Below are positions 34,563 through 36,590 of a stretch of DNA of 36,590 bases, in pieces; the stretch's first letter is position 1; the number at the start of each line of letters is the position of its first letter. Source of the DNA: Neovahlkampfia damariscottae. Taxonomy: Eukaryota. The DNA lies in the NCBI GenBank assembly GCA_016618085.1, contig JABLTG010000178.1, positions 1 to 36,590 on the forward strand, given 5' to 3'. Both the position numbers and the translations under genes were made by a program. The notes beneath the pieces were generated by a model. The model did no database searches, was not told where the DNA came from, and worked only from the letters and a program-made list of their open reading frames with translations.

Positions 34563-34805
34563 TTAAGATTTTTGATTTTCTAATATATTTTTAATATTGC
34601 CAATTTCAATCTTGTGAATACTTTGAGCTTCTAATAATTCTTTTTTCATGTCATTGATATGAGTAAGCTCCATGTTTGAGCCACAACAACTAGATCTTTC
34701 TACACGTCTACTAAATTCAATTCCACATGATATAATCGGTGATAATAATGAAGTTGTAAAACTGGCAGATGATATAATAATTAGTACAATTAATTCAGGT
34801 GTCAT
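34563..34805 (-). CDS. Small membrane protein with SSCCGS motif and coiled-coil tail
   Basis: MTPELIVLIIS..TSLLSP..VERSSCCGS aligns with 16431-16736. Confidence 0.72.
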   Translation of the reverse strand: MTPELIVLIIISSASFTTSLLSPIISCGIEFSRRVERSSCCGSNMELTHINDMKKELLEAQSIHKIEIGNIKNILENQKS

Positions 34806-34841
34806 ATATAATACATCAATATTATATTATTAAATAGTATA

Positions 34842-35177
34842 ATGATAATATATTCCAATGGATGGCAAGAAGGTAAAAATGCGTCTTCATCAACTGAATG
34901 TTTAGGATTTGTGATTGGTCGAGATTTATCCAAATTAGAAATCTTTTCAGAGGTAGCAAGTGGTAGCTCTATAATTGTACACGTGATTGATGCTATAACA
35001 AGTGAAAATATTTGTCAAATTATTGTTTATGGAGACAATACCGTAAAATATAGTTCAACAACTTCAATAAGTAACTTAAGTAATGAAAATACATTATTTG
35101 AAATTAATTATAGTCTCTACTCTGGTACAACTGGTGTATTATATGCTATTAAACTACATGAATTAGGAGAACTTTAA
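34842..35177 (+). CDS. Stand-alone paralog of the fibre C-terminal domain (111 aa)
   Basis: Aligns with the last ~110 aa of 35216-36361: LSK, DA.TS, KY.S.T.ISNLS...TLF. Confidence 0.72.
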   Translation: MIIYSNGWQEGKNASSSTECLGFVIGRDLSKLEIFSEVASGSSIIVHVIDAITSENICQIIVYGDNTVKYSSTTSISNLSNENTLFEINYSLYSGTTGVLYAIKLHELGEL

Positions 35178-35215
35178 TTGATTAATATTATTTTATTTAA
35201 ACAATATTAAATGAA

Positions 35216-36361
35216 TTACGCATATAATCGCACATTAAAAAGAAAATTAGAACCAGCGCCGACTGTTCTTGTACAATCTACTTGAAATAATGTTTTTGTA
35301 CCTGATAAATTAGATATCGCTGTACTTGAGTAATATTTAGGTCCACCAATACCAGCACAAACTAAAATAAAAAGACTAGTAGATGTTAAAGCATCTTGAA
35401 CAATGATTGTGACAGTCGTTCCTACATCTAACTCCATCCATGCATCTACTTTACTTAATGTTTTTCCAGAATTAAACAAAGCTTCAAAAGACGGTGAACA
35501 ACTTTGTCCAGAACTACCAGCACTATAATTACCAATAATTACGTCTGTTTTATGTGCAACAGTTCCATGTTCTTCTTGAAAATAATGATTGTAAAGTTGA
35601 GCTGGGTTAGAAGGTTGTGATGTTAATCTATGTGATCCTCCACTGTTACTATAATTTAAATCAATGTAATTCCAAAATCTAGATGTATTTATAACGTTCA
35701 TAGTACCATTTAAATATGAATTACCTAATACATATAATCTAGGATCTGATGCTCCAGTAACATCGGCTCTAGTAGCATTACCAATAATAGTTTTTCCTCC
35801 TGGATTAATCCATAAATTATCCCAAACAGTTAAAGCTGTATCATTAGCACCTATAGTTGGTTGATCTTCCAAACCATTATTATAGGTACCAATATCTACA
35901 CCAGTTGAATCGGTTGAATTTGTAACAAGTACACCCCAATTATCAGCATCAGCGCCTACAAATTTGCAACCTCCATTAGCCAAAGTGGACATAATGATTC
36001 TACCAGTACCTTGAGCATCAATATTTAAATTTTCATCAATTGCCGATCTAATATTATCAATGTTATCGAGATTGTAATAAGTACCATTATTATTTAAAAG
36101 TGTGGTTCCATTAATTTTGTATGCTTTTGATGATGGTAAGTCAATGTTGTCACTAGTTGCATCAATGTTACTATCTTTTATTTTGTTCAAATCATCACCA
36201 ACAATAATTTTCTCAGCAGTCAATACATCAAGTGCATTTCTTTCAACAATATCAGATAAAGAAGGCATTACGACACCTGCAAAAGATGGTAAATTTTCAA
36301 CTGACAAGTCTTTAGGTTTTAAATGAACTTGATTTCCTTCTTCCGTTGCTATTCTTAACAT
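35216..36361 (-). CDS. Putative virion fibre / receptor-binding protein (381 aa)
   Basis: G/N/T/S/D-rich beta-strand repeats (AYKINGTTLL, NLNIDAQGTGRI, LWINPGGKTIIG, RLYVLGNSYLNG) as in viral fibres. Divergent from the MCP gene. Confidence 0.62.
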   Translation of the reverse strand: MLRIATEEGNQVHLKPKDLSVENLPSFAGVVMPSLSDIVERNALDVLTAEKIIVGDDLNKIKDSNIDATSDNIDLPSSKAYKINGTTLLNNNGTYYNLDNIDNIRSAIDENLNIDAQGTGRIIMSTLANGGCKFVGADADNWGVLVTNSTDSTGVDIGTYNNGLEDQPTIGANDTALTVWDNLWINPGGKTIIGNATRADVTGASDPRLYVLGNSYLNGTMNVINTSRFWNYIDLNYSNSGGSHRLTSQPSNPAQLYNHYFQEEHGTVAHKTDVIIGNYSAGSSGQSCSPSFEALFNSGKTLSKVDAWMELDVGTTVTIIVQDALTSTSLFILVCAGIGGPKYYSSTAISNLSGTKTLFQVDCTRTVGAGSNFLFNVRLYA

Positions 36362-36434
36362 TTATATTATAGAATTAGATAATAATATTATACAACGAGC
36401 ATTAAAAAATATTATCTTTCTTTATAATATAATA

Positions 36435-36590
36435 ATGTCTTCAGGTAATGCATCCCTTTCAGCTGTTCCAATGAAATTGAGCAACGCAATTCCACTATAT
36501 ATGGATTTAAAATCCGAACGAGAATTTTCAGTTCTCCATGGAAATACTGATTATAGTAGAACTATTCATTCTGCAACAAATCCATCATCA
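36435..36590 (+). CDS. Virophage-type major capsid protein, N-terminus (runs off the right edge)
   Basis: Not in the ORF track: MSSGNASLSAVPMKLSNAIPLYMDLKSEREFSVLHGNTDYSRTIHSATNPSS. It resembles my recollection of the Sputnik MCP start (SAIPL..LELNNERTWVVVKGG..FPSTSFSS). Only 52 codons are visible. Confidence 0.58.
   Translation, partial: MSSGNASLSAVPMKLSNAIPLYMDLKSEREFSVLHGNTDYSRTIHSATNPSS

Larger units (their letters stand above)
32750..36590. mobile_element. Second endogenous viral element, virophage-like; right end outside the window
   Basis: Abrupt truncation of a host gene, terminal hairpin, intronless genes, SSCCGS protein shared with element 1, fibre-like gene and Sputnik-like MCP N-terminus. 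Confidence 0.75.

Noticed and set aside
173..36326. Numerous short ORF-track entries antisense to or overlapping real genes (e.g. 173-430, 487-669, 2312-2662, 17208-17492, 21855-22286, 36102-36326)
   Set aside because: They are shadow frames of better-supported genes, have no motifs, and many begin at non-ATG codons.

Overview
Very AT-rich, gene-dense eukaryotic (protist-like) DNA with tiny GT-AG introns (about 29-40 nt) and a CCAAT box just upstream of most start codons. Host genes: BTB-BACK-TLDc protein, YbaK/ProX deacylase, cullin, WD40-HECT E3 ligase, two tandem secreted basic paralogs, an intronless PaaK-like ligase, an RGS-domain protein, a cytochrome-b5 front-end desaturase and an SLC12 cotransporter. 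Three mobile or viral elements are present. (1) The 5' end of an IS607-type serine-recombinase gene lies at the left edge; in eukaryotes these elements usually carry Fanzor2/TnpB. (2) A fully delimited but decayed 12.2-kb Polinton-like virus spans 13279-25476, with ~105-bp TIRs, AGT...ACT termini and a 6-bp TSD (AATAGT). It encodes an rve integrase, major and minor capsid proteins, two packaging-ATPase paralogs and host-like cargo, but no visible polymerase. (3) From ~32750 to the right edge is an apparently better-preserved element that truncates an RGS paralog. It starts with a strong hairpin and encodes a bacterial-type Rpn/PD-(D/E)xK nuclease, a fibre-like protein with an inverted stand-alone copy of its tip domain, and the start of a Sputnik-like virophage major capsid protein. 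Both viral elements carry a nuclease cargo gene under a host-type CCAAT promoter, while their structural genes use a different AT-only motif. All family assignments come from motif recognition by eye, not from database searches.
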